A stretch of 57,765 bases of DNA, the filler included, from Catajapyx aquilonaris (lineage: Eukaryota), in NCBI GenBank assembly GCA_000934665.2. It is 2 parts of 2 records of this genome, joined end to end, with 100 filler letters (N's around TTAATTAATTAA, not from the genome) between each part and the next. Parts side by side here need not be neighbours in the genome. Positions count along the whole stretch, not along the records: positions 1 to 28,807 come from JYFJ02004874.1; positions 28,908 to 57,765 come from JYFJ02004875.1. One strand, given 5' to 3'. Position numbers and translations under genes: made by a program. Shown piece by piece: positions 27,353 through 39,895 of the stretch. Position 1 is the first letter of the stretch. Each line of letters opens with the position of its first letter. Under the pieces are notes generated by a model, which ran no database searches, had not been told where the DNA came from, and saw nothing but the letters and a program-made list of their open reading frames with translations.

Positions 27353-28807
27353 TTAGGTGGTAGCTTCAATGCAAAGGTACAAATAACAATACTGAAAGTC
27401 TCCGCTCTCATGGGGACATCGGCTCGCAATTTGCTACTTCGGAGCCACGAGCCAATTGCGAGCAACAGCGTACTGTTGAGGGCAGAAAGTCAGAATGCAC
27501 TCGAGTGAAACGATTTTCATTTTTGGGCATATCTGGTTATTGCCCCCCGAAAGTTCTCAGAACAAAATTAATGCGACAAAAATGTCAAGAAATAAGACAT
27601 ACGGTAATAAAATGTTGACAGAACATTAATAAATGTCGAATTTATTTACATTCAAAGTCTTTATTAGAACTGAGTCGGTGAATATAAGAAGGGCCCAGGT
27701 CCATTTCCTGCCACATTGAGTTTATTGGTTGAAAATATTCACCACACGAAGGTGCATACAGTATATGTGCATCAGATTTAAAAGTCTTCCTAATTCCATC
27801 GGTTACGTAGGCTAGAAGAAGCGTCCATAATAATTCATACTCCCACACAGTATGTCCCAAATCCATATTGGCCCTATATTACAGGGCGGTTGGGTTCTCA
27901 ATGGTTAGAGGAATATGTGTAATATCATTCCATAGTTTCTAGTTTCTAGTTTCTAATCACGTACTCGATTGACTGTCTGGTTCAAATCTTCCACCTGTTA
28001 GAAGCAACATCCCTGGTCATCTCTGAACATGGAAACTATAGGAAATCACTGATGTGGAGCAGCCGGAATTCCGGCCGGACCAAGTCCCCCCCGAACACGA
28101 CTAATCCGAAGATAGATTTATCGGCGGCGGGTCAGCCAAGGACCGTTGGTATGCAAAATAAGGTAAGGACCACGCCTCTGCGGCTTCTGTCTCTAGGAAC
28201 CCTTTGGTTCCCACGGAGGGTTTAGGCCACATTGGCACCGCTCTAGTCATGCAAATGGCGATCCATCCTCCCTAGGCAGGCCCCACCTGTCCCCAGGCTC
28301 TTTTCTTTTTCCTCCATGCCTGCATAACAGCTGGGCCTGCTTAGGTAAAAAGCCTACCTGCTTAAAGTTTTTTACGGAGAACGACTGCCTTGCCTTGCCT
28401 GCCTTCTTCTCATGGGATGATGGCGGCCGGGGGAATACGCACCCACCCTGTACGTCCACCCAGCCTCCACAGTATTCCGACCACTTTTAGGGGGCAAAGT
28501 GCTCGGGATGGCCATAAGGCCGGTTTTTCTGGTTCCTAACAGTCGCCGATTCGAGTCGCGTTAACGTTTCGTGAATCAACTACTACGTGGCCACTATCTG
28601 CTCCTGCGGCTGCTGGGAACCTAATATTTCTTCCTGTACGGCTTTCCCCAGGAGTCACCCTATGCAGGGTGCCTGTTTCGAATTCTTGTCTAGATTTACA
28701 GGATTTTTGCCATAATGACTGGGTTTTCCGACTAGCCTTGCCTGACTTCTCTGCGAATATGCAAGTTGATATTCAAACCAAATGCAAACATAGGAGATAG
28801 GACCCCC

Positions 28808-28907
28808 NNNNNNNNNNNNNNNNNNNNNNNNNNNNNNNNNNNNNNNNNNNNTTAATTAATTAANNNNNNNNNNNNNNNNNNNNNNNNNNNNNNNNNNNNN
28901 NNNNNNN
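28808..28907. other. Artificial contig linker / assembly gap
   Basis: 44 N + TTAATTAATTAA (stop codons in all six frames) + 44 N. Confidence 0.97.
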
Positions 28908-29500
28908 TCCAGTGAGGCGACCGCGTCGCCTCACTGGATTTCGCAAGATGTTGTGCGGTATTGCTCTGAATATCCAGGATAACGTTAGAAATCGGCTCGC
29001 AAGTGATTCAATCAATATGTCGGCGACTGTACATATTCAGGATATTTTAACATTTCATCATTTTAATCTTTCTTATGAAATATGTTAAAATATCCTGAAT
29101 ATGTAGTTAGAGAACCTTGGAGAACTGTATGCGGAGGTTTCCGAAGTGCCAGAAAGCTGCAAATAAGTATAAATTTATTTCTCGCAAAGTACGACAATTT
29201 CAGCAAATTCCTCTGGTATGGTTCTCAAAGTTGTTATTCCGCATATTTTCACGCATTTCATAATTAAATCAGCCTAAAAGTTGGGCGGCAGTAGTCCAAT
29301 TTCGAGTTATTATAGCCCTTTTTTGGAAATTAATTTAGGGACTTCTAGACGAGTAAAATGGTTCCAGACACATTCATAGGGTTTTCCCAGATCTCGTAAG
29401 CATAGCCGTTATTATTTGCAAAATATCTTGTCCGTATCTTCGGAGTAACCGTAAGCCGAAAACTGTGTGGTTCGGGCCGATCTGGAGCTGAAGGGGTTAA
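28908..29500. mobile_element. Right part of a probable piggyBac-like non-autonomous element (left end lost in the gap)
   Basis: Ends ...GGAGCTGAAGGGG-TTAA. Hairpin TCCAGTGAGGCGAC-CGC-GTCGCCTCACTGGA at 28908-38. Confidence 0.45.
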
Positions 29501-29723
29501 ACCTTTGGGATTGTCCGTTCTACAGGAAATGTAGCAGGGACCCTTGTTGAACAGAGGAGATTTTTCAATATGGGCTGCTGTTGAGTTGTGATTGAGGATT
29601 CTTGAGTGTACCTTGGTTGCTGGATATCATGTGATTATTTAGATTGATGCCCAATATTTTATACTAGTCCAGATGAATAATATAGCATCACATCTCATAT
29701 GCAAAGCAATATTGAACATCTGC

Positions 29724-29959
29724 TTATAGGCAGGTCACGCTAACTTACCATATACGTCATCGTTTTGTTCACCAGTTCCTAGTCGACGGAAATCCAAAGT
29801 GTCCTTTACCACTGTTTACTCCCATTCTTTCATGAGGGCATTTCCATGGAAACTTGAAAAGTGGGAGGTTCCAGAGGTGCGTTCAGAGGATTTCCGTCGA
29901 CTAGGAACTGGTGAACAAAACGATGATGTATATGGTAAGTTAGCGTGACCTGCCTATAA
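29724..29959. mobile_element. MITE with ~70-bp near-perfect TIRs
   Basis: TTATAGGCAGGTCACGCTAACTTACCATATAC...GTCGACGGAAATCC and its reverse complement. TSD ambiguous (TA or TATA). Confidence 0.85.
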
Positions 29960-31398
29960 CTCCAATGTGTAACATCTAATAAAATGTTTTTGTTTCTTAT
30001 TGCATTGGTGGTAATAGTAGACGTCATTAATGTAGTTCCAGAGTTATTGGAGTTTGCACGTGGTTTGATTATGGTTCCCTGGAGCATCTTAACTTTTAAG
30101 AGTGAAAGAATGATCCACTAGCCTCTTTTCCACCTGGAGTTGATGCATTATTTTATTGGGCTGTTAATGACAGAAGGTTTTCCAATTTCATAAAGCTGCA
30201 GAACTCAAGGGTAGAAGCTTACACTTGCGTAATCCAAGGAGGTTATCCTCAAGTTGATGCCACTATCACTACTGCCTAGTAGTGTGTTGTAATATTGACA
30301 GCCAGAATATGACACCAAACATTTACTTGCAAATTGACTGCTGATTACTGTATTTATTGAGTACACCTAATCATTTGGCAGCTCAGGAACATCAGAAAGT
30401 TTTAATATGATGCCCAATTCCTTTTTTGAGGGCAAGTTTTGAAATGAAGCTTTATGACAGGGAAGTTGCCATTTTAAAAATGGCCTTCTCTTCTTGTGCA
30501 TATTTGTATTTTACTATCTTCTGGGGCACAGAAGTCAAGTCAGATAAACCCAAAAAGATACGTTCGCTTTCTGAAGTGTTGGGCGTGTGTGTCTAGTAGC
30601 AGAAATAAGTTGCCTGTGTTAAGTACATGTTAGAAAATAACTTCTGGTTGAATGCTAGTTAAAGGTGTCTAATGTAAAGTATGTCAAATATTTGGGGAAG
30701 AATGTGATAAAAAGACATGTACTTGCTATGGACCAGTTAATATTTTCTCATATACTGTATGTATATTGCATATGTGTCTAAAGATGATTTTTGTGAAAAT
30801 GATGAAAGATAATTTAAAATGTCGTATTTTTTTGACAAAAATATATGGGATTGTTGAATTTTTGTGACCTGGCTGATTAGTTCATGTTTGTACTGTTGTA
30901 CTAAACACAAATATGTCATGTGATAGTCAAGCCATTGCATTTACTGACACTTGCAGAAGGGCCATGAGTCTCAATGGCTATTAGATTTTCATGTAAGATC
31001 CTATTCATTTGTTTTGTCTTCCATCCATTAATTACCTTCTCTACATGCCAATCCTCAAATTCTAAATGAGTGTTGATTTTTAGTTCCACCAGTTCCTCCC
31101 ATAGTGTGTTCATTGTGAAATGAAAATAAATGGAGTTGAGTAACACATTTAGTTTCTATCTATGCAGGCTCATTTTGTCAAGCCTCAGGCTTTTTCAAGT
31201 GCACATAATCATATCTTCCTACGATTATCATCATTCAGTAGGATGCAGAGTCGTTGTCCTAGTGAGAGAGTTTTGTTATTCTGCTCTTTTATTTCCCACT
31301 AGCAGGTTACTCGGCATTGCCCAGGTACGTTGTGGTGGTAGTGGTCGGGGTATCCATATCTTTATTATTTTTAGGGAGTTTGTTTATTTTGCATTCTA

Positions 31399-32780
31399 CA
31401 GGGTGTATCAGAGTCACAGGTCAAGCGCGCGCGAGGGGGTGGGGAAAAATGGTAGGTGGCGACAACCCCGGTCGGTTTTATAAAATAATTAGAAATACGA
31501 CAGTAATCCATTTGGGATAAGCTATTGTTTATCCGCACGTTAACAACAAGGCCTCCCGACGGTTGGCAACGTTGCGTCGCAAACAATCAGGTGCCTATTG
31601 ATACTGCTGCATGGTTACATGGAACTGTGCTTTATTTTTCTTTTCGGGCTTTCGGGGATTCAATTCGGGATTTTGAGGTGATTAAGTGGATGGAATAGCC
31701 CTTTGTCTTGGTATTGCTGTATGGCTTTTTGTTACCGCAACAGTACTGTACATTGTTGTGGCCCTGCCAGGCACGGTACGTCGCCCGTGCGTGATATTTT
31801 TAGTTTTTGCGGAGCGATAGCGGAGCTGGGCGCTTATTGTGGGTTTCTGTATCCGCAACATTTACTGTCCGTCTTATGGCGCCGCAGGCCAACGAACGTT
31901 ATTGTGGCTTTGCCAAGCGCAAAGTACACCTTCACACAGTCCGTTAAACCAACGAACTGCATGACGCCAAGTTCCGCCCGCCACCACCCGGCTCTCCCCT
32001 CCAATCATGCCCACGACTCACTCTGCAGGCATACTACTGCACAAGCTCAGAAAACACGGCTGGTGGGACATCATATCGTTCTTTGGGTTAACGGACTGCA
32101 GCACAACCATCATGGCTTTCATATTTCCCACCTCCTTCATTAATACTGTGGTCCTAGCACTCGTCTGAACGGTTCACGTGGCAGGGGTAAGAAGACGCCC
32201 TTTGTTGTGCTCTCCCGGCAACCGGTTGTTTGCGACCCGTAGCCAACATGTTTGAAGCACCGCGTCGCTATGTGCGGATAAATGATAGACTTTCCTCAAT
32301 TTGTTTATTACGGCCTACGGCGTGACGTCACATCCTTTCTGTATTCGAATTGACCCCCGCTGACTGGCACATGCAAGGCAAATGCATTCGGTTGAACCTG
32401 GTTGAACTGGTTTTGCGGGTTGCACTGAAAAAGGCGCTCTCATGCTACACCAACAGGGTACTGAACACACCACTGTACAGTAGTACACTACATTGCACAG
32501 TACCCTGCCGGTGTAGCATGAGAGCGCCTTTTTCAGTGCAACCAGCAAGACTGAAAACCCGTTCAACCAGGTTCAACAGAAAGCATTTGTCTTGCATTTG
32601 CCAGTCCACGGGGGTCAATTCGAATACAGAAAGGATGTGACGTCACGCTGTAATCCGTAATAAATAAATTGATTACAGCCGTATTTCTAATTGTTTTCTA
32701 AAATCGACCAGAGTTGTCGCCACCTACAATTTTTCCCCACCCCCTCGCGCACCCTTGACCTGTGACTCTGATACACCCTG
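31399..32780. mobile_element. Tc1/mariner-type non-autonomous element with long TIRs
   Basis: TA-CAGGGTGTATCAGAGTCACAGGTCAAG ... CTTGACCTGTGACTCTGATACACCCTG-TA; arms exceed 100 bp. Confidence 0.9.
32302..32666. mobile_element. Foldback MITE flanked by AATT, nested in the right TIR of 31399-32780
   Basis: AATT-TGTTTATTACGG...CCGTAATAAATA-AATT with ~165-bp inverted arms. The host arm resumes after it. Confidence 0.8.
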
Positions 32781-33346
32781 TATATACACTCGATCGCACT
32801 CGATATATCTTAAAACTGGTCTCATGGGCAAAGTTTGTCATTACCTGTGGAGGGGGAAGAAGGGTCTCACCCTGCACAGGGCGATCATTCCCGTTCCTGT
32901 ACCAAATGATCTGGCAATTTTTTATCAATAGAGTCTACCCAGTAAATGAATGCCTGAAGGAAACCTCTTCACTGCAAAAATGATGGCTGCACTTTAAATT
33001 GTGGAGAACATTTTCCTAGACCTTTTGTTCTGGGGGGAAGGAGATGATGTGTCCTGTAATATTGTTGTAACCAGTTGCTAGCGAACTGTTTGGAATGCAT
33101 GTTTACCCAGTATTGTTCTTGAGGAGCCCAACCAAGTAGTTGGCTCCGGCCACAGCGCTAAGTCTGTACACTGTGAATACATCTGGTAGTTCATCACTAG
33201 AATCCTTCATTACCTGCTGCCAATACACAACAGCCTCTAAGGTCGCTCTAATATTTCTGGCCTCATTTACATCCTGGATAAGTTCTGCTGCACTTCATTC
33301 ACTTGCTGCACTCCAACCCAATCAGTGGATTATGGTTTCTTATTAA

Positions 33347-34508
33347 GGCCCGATTTCTCGAACAGTGGTTCAAGTCAGGATAAACTGGGTTTGCATCTAC
33401 ACGCTGGATTCAGTTTAAACTCCCCTTTCGACTGTGCGCATTTCTCGAGCGTAAACAAACCCTCGGTTTATACTATGCGAATTACAAGCTCGGGTTAGAA
33501 TTGCGCCGTTGCCACAGGTCGCGTCCTCCCCATTTCCCCGAACCGGTTGGTCTGAGCTTCAGCGCGAGTCTTTACCGGCTTGTAAACAAACTCTAGTCAG
33601 CAAGTCTCGGAAGGTGGAGTGAGGGACATCCTCGGGGACATCGCATTCGAAATGACATTTTTTGACTAGTTGCCGACGTTACGCCGCAAAATGAATTTTT
33701 TATGACACTTCTCGGAGGCCAAAAAATTCCCCCTGTGGACCCTGGATAGTGCAAATCTTTGTCTTTCTAATTATATATTTGAAACTCGGAAATCGCCATT
33801 TGTGTAATCATAATTAAGTGCATTGCACACCTCAGTTATCTCGGCCGTTTATAATCCGGATTACTTCACGAATGTACCGACGGAAAGCCAGAAATATGTG
33901 TGATAAAATTACATCGTGCTACACTAAAAATTTTAAACGTATTTAAAAGTATCGCCGTCTATTCCCGCCAGAAAGCGGGCTGGGTACTAATATATTAAAC
34001 TTACTAAAACAATAGGCTACTTTTAAAATTTTTGGTGTAATAGAGCATGATGTAATTTTATCACGCACATTTCTGGCTTGCCGTGGATACATTCGCGAAG
34101 TAATGTGGATGAGAAACGGCCGAGATAACTGAGGTGTGCAATGAACTTAATTATGATTACACAAATGGCGATTTTCGAGTTTCAAATATATAATTAGAAA
34201 GACAAAGATTTGCACTATCCAGGGTCCACAGGGGGAATTTTTTGGTCTCCGAGAAGTGTCATAAAAAATTCATTTTGCGGAGTAACGTCGGCAACTAGTC
34301 AAAAAATGACACCTTTCATTGTTGTTCCCAGCATTCCAAACCTGGTTTATTTCCGATAACGGCTGGCAATCGGGCCATCAGATGTGAACCGAGTTTAAAC
34401 CACATCCGGGGTTTATTTTTGCCTCGAGAAATGTAAATTTCTCTGAACTGGGTTTAAACTGGATTTGAACCGGGTTTACATTTGAACCACTGTTCGAGAA
34501 ATCAGGCC
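33347..34508. mobile_element. PIF/Harbinger-like element
   Basis: TAA-GGCCCGATTTCTCGAACAGTGGTTCAA ... TTGAACCACTGTTCGAGAAATCAGGCC-TAA. Confidence 0.88.
33658..34306. mobile_element. Unclassified foldback element with ~285-bp arms, nested in 33347-34508
   Basis: TTTTTTGACTAGTTGCCGACG ... CGTCGGCAACTAGTCAAAAAA, flanked by TGACA (33653-57, 34307-11). Confidence 0.85.
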
Positions 34509-34636
34509 TAAGAAGAAGCCAAAGCAAGTAAGGCTATCTGGCTATAGAAGATACAAAGGTGGGACAGATGGAGAGAGAAACAAAGAAGAAAAAGAAGAAC
34601 GGAAAGACTGGTTTTTTAAATCTATGTCTTTGACTT

Positions 34637-34953
34637 AAATAATAATAATAATAAATAATTTGTACCCCGTGCTAGAGCCATGGGCCCTCTTAGGGGGGTG
34701 GGACACCACCATTTTTTAAATATCTGGAACTCTTACTTTCGTTTTTACTTCTCTTATATGGGGATGGGATGGGGATGGAAGGAAGCAGCTGTGGCCTATA
34801 ATTACGGACACGACCCTGGAATTTTCCCGGTGAGACCATGGGAAACCACAGAAAACCACGGTCAGGGTCAGCGGCCCCCGGGATTCGAACCCAGGACCTC
34901 CCGATTAGCAGTCGGATACCATATCCCCTCCGCTACCACTGCACTGCTTCGGT
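34637..34953 (-). mobile_element. tRNA-derived SINE (type 2)
   Basis: Head ACCGAAGCAG...GGTTCGAATCCC, (TTA)n tail, TSD CTTTGACTT(A/G)AATA. Confidence 0.9.
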
Positions 34954-35987
34954 CTTTGACTTGAATATATCAAATGCTGATCGTCATAACGACATAAAAA
35001 CTATAAACTTTTTTTTACATAGTTCAACATGCCTTATACAGGGTGTTCCAAATTCGCTGGGCACTTTCTGCCCGAAAGGAGTTATTTTTTTGTAGCTTGG
35101 AAAAATAGAGCGTGGAGGATTACACCATAATCTTCTCAGGCAATATTAAATGCAAAACAGATAATTCCCTTGCATATGTAGACACTGGAAGGGTGTAAAA
35201 ATTCTGGTTTGTTAGCGTAATAAAGAGCCAAGCAACTATGGCTATGTGGTTACCAGAATACAAAAAGGTGGTACAGATGGAGAGAGAAACGAAGAGGAAA
35301 AAGAAGAGAGGAAAGACTGGTATCTCTCTTAGTCTGTCTCGTATCCCAAAGACCTGTCCGACTTGGGCGGCCCTACCAGTAGACGAAACTACCACCAGCA
35401 TAGCTCTTCAGCAGGATCATGGGAAAACGCAACCCCACCACCACGGCAAGGTGGAGATACTCTGGGGGGAGGGGGAATTTAAATTGTTGGATTAAAAAAA
35501 TTGGGGGAAGTGCAAAATTTGAAACCATTTACAGGCCTGTTTCTATGGTAATCACCAACCAAATTCTCTGTTGCCACAGACAAACAATTTTTTTTTGCCT
35601 TACATACGTAGATTATCAAAATGTGTTATTTATTAATAATTAATTTATAGCAGCAAACCCGTGTGTAGTGTCTGGTACATATGTTGAACTTGGTGTCAGT
35701 CAACGTACACAGAAGTCATCGAAACAGGAGGAAAAATTGGACAGTGTTATGCAATAATGGGTCAACCCACAAAAATGTCTAAATTGAGTTATGCCCAGGA
35801 ACATACACCCAAAGGAGAGTACCGGTACTTCATTCAGTTAAAATTTAGATGGTGAAATCTCCATACTTCTGCCACGAATGACTGAAAAGTTAACTCATGA
35901 ATGGTGTGCATGGACAGTGTTATGCAATGATTTGTCAACCCACGAAAATGTCTAAATTGAGCCAAGCCCAGGAATATATACCTAAAG

Positions 35988-36522
35988 CAGAGGTTCTTAA
36001 CCGTTTCGGGCCTCCGCACCCCTTTGTAGACAATATATTGGTCCTTGTCACCGAAGCAGTAGTGGTGTAGTGGTATGGTGGCCGACTGCTAATCGGGAGG
36101 TCCTGGGTTCGAATCCCAGAGGCCGGCGACCCTGACCATGGTTTTCTGTGGTTTTCCATGGTCCTTGCAGGATAATTCCGGGGTCTTTACCGTAATATAG
36201 GCCACAGCCGCCTCCTTCCTACCCTTTCCCTGCTTCATTCCGGTGATGAGAAAAATAGTAAAAATGGAAGAGTTCCAGACAAAAAAATTGGGAGAAATCC
36301 CCCCCTAGGAAAACCCATAGGCTGATAATGGGGTATCAAATTATTATTATATTGGTCCTTGTCGCACCCCCTATACCAGGGGTGATTGATTAAGTTCATA
36401 GTTAGACCAGTTATTATCTCTTGGTTAGATTAAGTCCAGAGGTGCACCTTGCTCCCACCCCCAGGGAAGCCACCTCGCACCCCCTGGAGGTGTGCGCGGG
36501 CACCCCAGGCTAAGAACCGCTG
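35988..36522. mobile_element. hAT MITE
   Basis: TIRs CAGAGGTTCTTAACC / GGCTAAGAACCGCTG with a perfect 8-bp TSD ACCTAAAG (35980-87, 36523-30). Confidence 0.9.
36050..36347 (+). mobile_element. tRNA-derived SINE (type 2)
   Basis: A box (TGGTGTAGTGG) and B box (GGTTCGAATCCC). 16-bp TSD TATATTGGTCCTTGTC at 36034-49 and 36348-63. Confidence 0.93.
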
Positions 36523-36720
36523 ACCTAAAGGATCCTACTTCATTCAGTTAAAATCACGCTGGTGAAATCTGCATACTTCTGCCACCAATGACACAAATGA
36601 CAAATGACGGAACACTGAATTAATTTCACATGTATGACCTTCAAAGCCCCTTTTCTCAAAACTGTTCTCAATTAATGTGGGTTGACACATTATTGCATAA
36701 CGCCATCCAATTATCTAATA

Positions 36721-37275
36721 CAGTAGGTACCCGTTTTACACCGCTCCATTTTACGCCGTTTTACGTTAACGCCGGTATGAAAATGACATTATAAAATTTT
36801 TAAATTGGAAAATTGTGGAAAATATGACGATAACAACACAATCTGAACATAAGCACAACACTTCCACACTTTTGAGGCCAAACGCACGACGATAACATAA
36901 TGCTATTTTTTGACTTTCGTGGTGCCTTGTGGCGGGTTCTATAGATAAATACAGTACCATATTGTTGGTCTCATTGGAACCCTCCGAAGTCTGTTAAATA
37001 CCCTATGTCTACTGCAGTTCTTGCCAAAAGAAGGGAAAGGAGGCCTCATAACCAGATGACACTTCACCTAGAACCTGAACCATTAAACGTGCATTATAAA
37101 TGTTTGAAATAGTCGGCATTGAAAACTGCAATTTAAGCACTGCATCAGGGAAATTTTTGGAAATCTTGGAACCCATCTCATTTACTTCCATTATAATTTT
37201 GTGTCATTTTACCCTTTTTCATTTTACGCCGCGTTTTGCGGGAACCAATTCCCGGCGTAAATCGGGTACTACGTG
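36721..37275. mobile_element. pogo/Tigger-like MITE (a diverged second copy at ~37569-37990)
   Basis: TA-CAGTAGGTACCCGTTTTAC ... GTAAATCGGGTACTACGTG-TA imperfect TIRs; body similar to the sequence from 37569 onward. Confidence 0.65.
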
Positions 37276-37994
37276 TATCCTTATGGGGAGCCTTGGGAGC
37301 CCGTTCGTAAGTGCATATCACAGTAAATCATACTGCAATAAGTCCAGTAGGCCATTATCAAAACCAGGCGACCTATTTCGGAACACCAGGAAACGCGAAT
37401 GTCTGATTTTGCTCTTTTTATTACCATGTTCAATATAATATGCTTTTGCCATGTCTTCTATAACATATCCAGAGCACTGAAATCATGATCCATAAACAAA
37501 ATCACAATGATCAATTGAAAATTATGATAGCCTGCTGGTTGTGAAACGGCCAAGAAAGATTTCTTATACGGGAAGTACCCGTTTTATGCCGCTCCATTTT
37601 ACGCCAGTTCACATTAACCCTGGTTTTAAAATTACATTTGAAAATTTTATATTGGATTTTTTTTTTTTGTGAAATATTTGATGATAACACAATCTGAACA
37701 TGAACGCATCACTTCAACACTTCTGAGACCAAACACACGAATGTATACCTGCTCTTCTTTCCTCTGTGTTTCCTGGTGCCTTGTGGCAGGTTCTATCGAT
37801 ATGTACTGTACAGTACTGTATTGTTCGGTATTGTTGATCTCGGCACTCCCTGAAGTACTCCAACCGTTAATTGTCACAATACCCTACGTGTACTGCAATT
37901 ATTCTTGCCTACCTGCCCATTGTTCTACTGTTTTCATTGTTGAATATGCAATGTTGATTATTTTGGAAATTGAGTGAGAAAGGCAGATCCTTCC

Positions 37995-38206
37995 TTTTGG
38001 CTTGTTGACAGCGAATGTTGCTAGGCAATTTCAAAGGCTGATGAAAACCACTCTTAGACTCAAAAAAGTGTGGTTTTGGGACTTTGCCCGGGGTCACCGA
38101 CAGGTAAGACATGGGTGTGAGAAATTTCAGCGCTCTCCCTACGCGGGAAGTGGCCTAATTAGGCGTGATAAATATATGTACAAATATTCCGCTTTATATA
38201 TAAGGA
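37995..38206 (-). mobile_element. Possible 5' portion of a Helitron-like non-autonomous element
   Basis: Minus strand begins A|TCCTTATATATAAAGCGG...GCTGAAATTTCTCACAC, resembling 5'-TC insect Helitron ends. No 3' hairpin/CTAG end seen. Confidence 0.4.
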
Positions 38207-38216
38207 TATATATATA

Positions 38217-38815
38217 CAGTAAAACTTCTATAAGTCGAATTCCATGGGACCGGAAAAAAACTTTGAGTTATAGAAGATTCGAGTTAGAGAAGTTGGGCGT
38301 TTTTTAAGCACAGAACTCTATAAGGAAGCCTACCGTCATATCCAGCAACGAAACGTGTTCAAACCTTAAAAATAACTGTCACTATCACACTTACAATGTT
38401 CCTCGTTGTTTTGGTGTAAAAAAAAACTCTGTTATGGACATTTGCCTACTCTTAGACTCAAAGATTCAATTGGCACAATCGAGTCAAACACTTCTTCTGG
38501 TACATCTGGTAGACGGAGATCAGGAAATTGAGCCTTTCTGTACATGTGGCCTACTCTCGACCCTTCGGCTGGGAAATGAGACAATTTTCCGTACTCGCCA
38601 ACATGAACTTCGACTTAGGGAGACTGAAAATACATTGATATCCCATCGTAAGGCCCTGCCTGCACTTCGAGTTATGGAGAACTTCGAGTTATAGGAATTC
38701 GAGTTAGGGAAGTTTACTTCCTATTATTTTACATTGTGACCAACCAAGCTCATCATTTTCTTCGACTTATAGAGAACTTCGACTTAGGGAAGTTCGACTT
38801 ATAGAAGTTTTACCG
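38217..38815. mobile_element. pogo/Tigger-like MITE
   Basis: TA-CAGTAAAACTTCTATAAGTCGAA ... TTCGACTTATAGAAGTTTTACCG-TA, with multiple internal TTCGA(C/G)TTA repeats. Confidence 0.88.
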
Positions 38816-39146
38816 TATATATATATATTTAATGCCAGGTACAGATCAGCCTCTGTAACCAGAGGTTATTTTCAAAACCTTTATAAAAGTCGGAAATAGC
38901 TATGGTACCTTAGAATTGCATCAGTTGTTACGAAAAGGGCCGACTGCTTGGCATTTTTGAGTTAACACAATGCCAGGTTACTTCTTCAGTTTCAACACGT
39001 GTGCTAAATGAAAACAGTATCAGTCAAAAATGCCTCTGCATATGTATGATATAATAAATATCTTCACTAAAATAATAATATTGAAAGGAAATATGGGAAT
39101 GAGTATAATAATTTTTTGTGTATTTTTCACAAGTTGGTTCTCATGA

Positions 39147-39310
39147 AATTTAATATTCAGTGTCTGTCATCTGAGATGGGCAGGGGTGGGACGGGTTGTT
39201 TATAGGTTTATTTTCACAAGTTTTAATTTAGTTCATGTTGGGTTAGCTTGCACCTCCCTTCATCGCTGACTACCCCTCATAGGGATATGTCGTGATGTTG
39301 ATGATGATGA
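39147..39310 (+). mobile_element. 5'-truncated retroposon ending in (GAT)n
   Basis: 12-bp TSD TGGTTCTCATGA (39135-46, 39311-22) and a GATGTTGATGATGATGA tail. Confidence 0.7.
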
Positions 39311-39895
39311 TGGTTCTCATGACACTTAAGCCCCTTTTCATAACAACTCATTCAATAAATTTCTATCCTAGCAGCCCCATAACCCATGAATTGAGACACT
39401 TCCACTCCTACTACTACTGTGAACAATAACTCAGACCACAACTGAGCAAGGTTCCATAAGGAGCTGGGAATAAGTGCGCAGTTGTTTTGCACTTGGGAGA
39501 CTTTCAGGTTATATGGTCCTGCAAATTGACCCCACAGCCCATTTCCAGTTGAACAGGCAATATTTCCACGTGTGTTCTATTTATCCTCAGTTCTATGGTC
39601 CATGCTTTCAATCATGAATCAGGGTTAATGTTGGTACAAAAATGTAGAGACCGGATCCCATTGCACGAAAAATTTTGTGTACCCTGAAAATTGTGTACGC
39701 GTACCCTAGTTTGAAAACCACTGATGTAGGTGATACACCCGCTATGTTCACCCTGGAAGAAATGTCAAGTTGGTATTAGTTATTTTTTTTTCAAATTTGG
39801 TATTGCATATTCCCGATTCCATTTGCAAATGGCAAGGACACTTTGAAAACCCATCAAAACCTATGCAGATTTCGGTTTGGCAAACTTTATTGTCA

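Larger units (their letters stand above)
35739..36708. mobile_element. AATT-flanked (Sola1-like) non-autonomous element with an internal ~170-bp duplication
   Basis: AATT-GGACAGTGTTATGCAATAATGGGTCAACCCAC ... GTGGGTTGACACATTATTGCATAACGCCATCC-AATT. The left-end unit repeats at ~35912. Confidence 0.75.

Noticed and set aside
31703..32143. 146-aa ORF inside the Tc1-type element
   Set aside because: No transposase motifs; likely a chance ORF.
36050..36125. tRNA-like sequences (also at ~24180-24250, 34880-34953, 45940-46010, 48395-48470, 49500-49574, 54625-54700)
   Set aside because: They lack a proper acceptor stem, and most continue into SINE bodies with TSDs. They are SINE heads or relics, not tRNA genes.
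38038..38165. CTGATGA and GC-rich stems suggesting a hammerhead or HDV ribozyme (also 9352, 41965, 42470-42580)
   Set aside because: The required catalytic core and helices could not be assembled.
38605..38810. Interspaced TTCGA(C/G)TTA repeats, superficially CRISPR-like
   Set aside because: Short, irregularly spaced subterminal repeats of a pogo-like MITE in a eukaryote.
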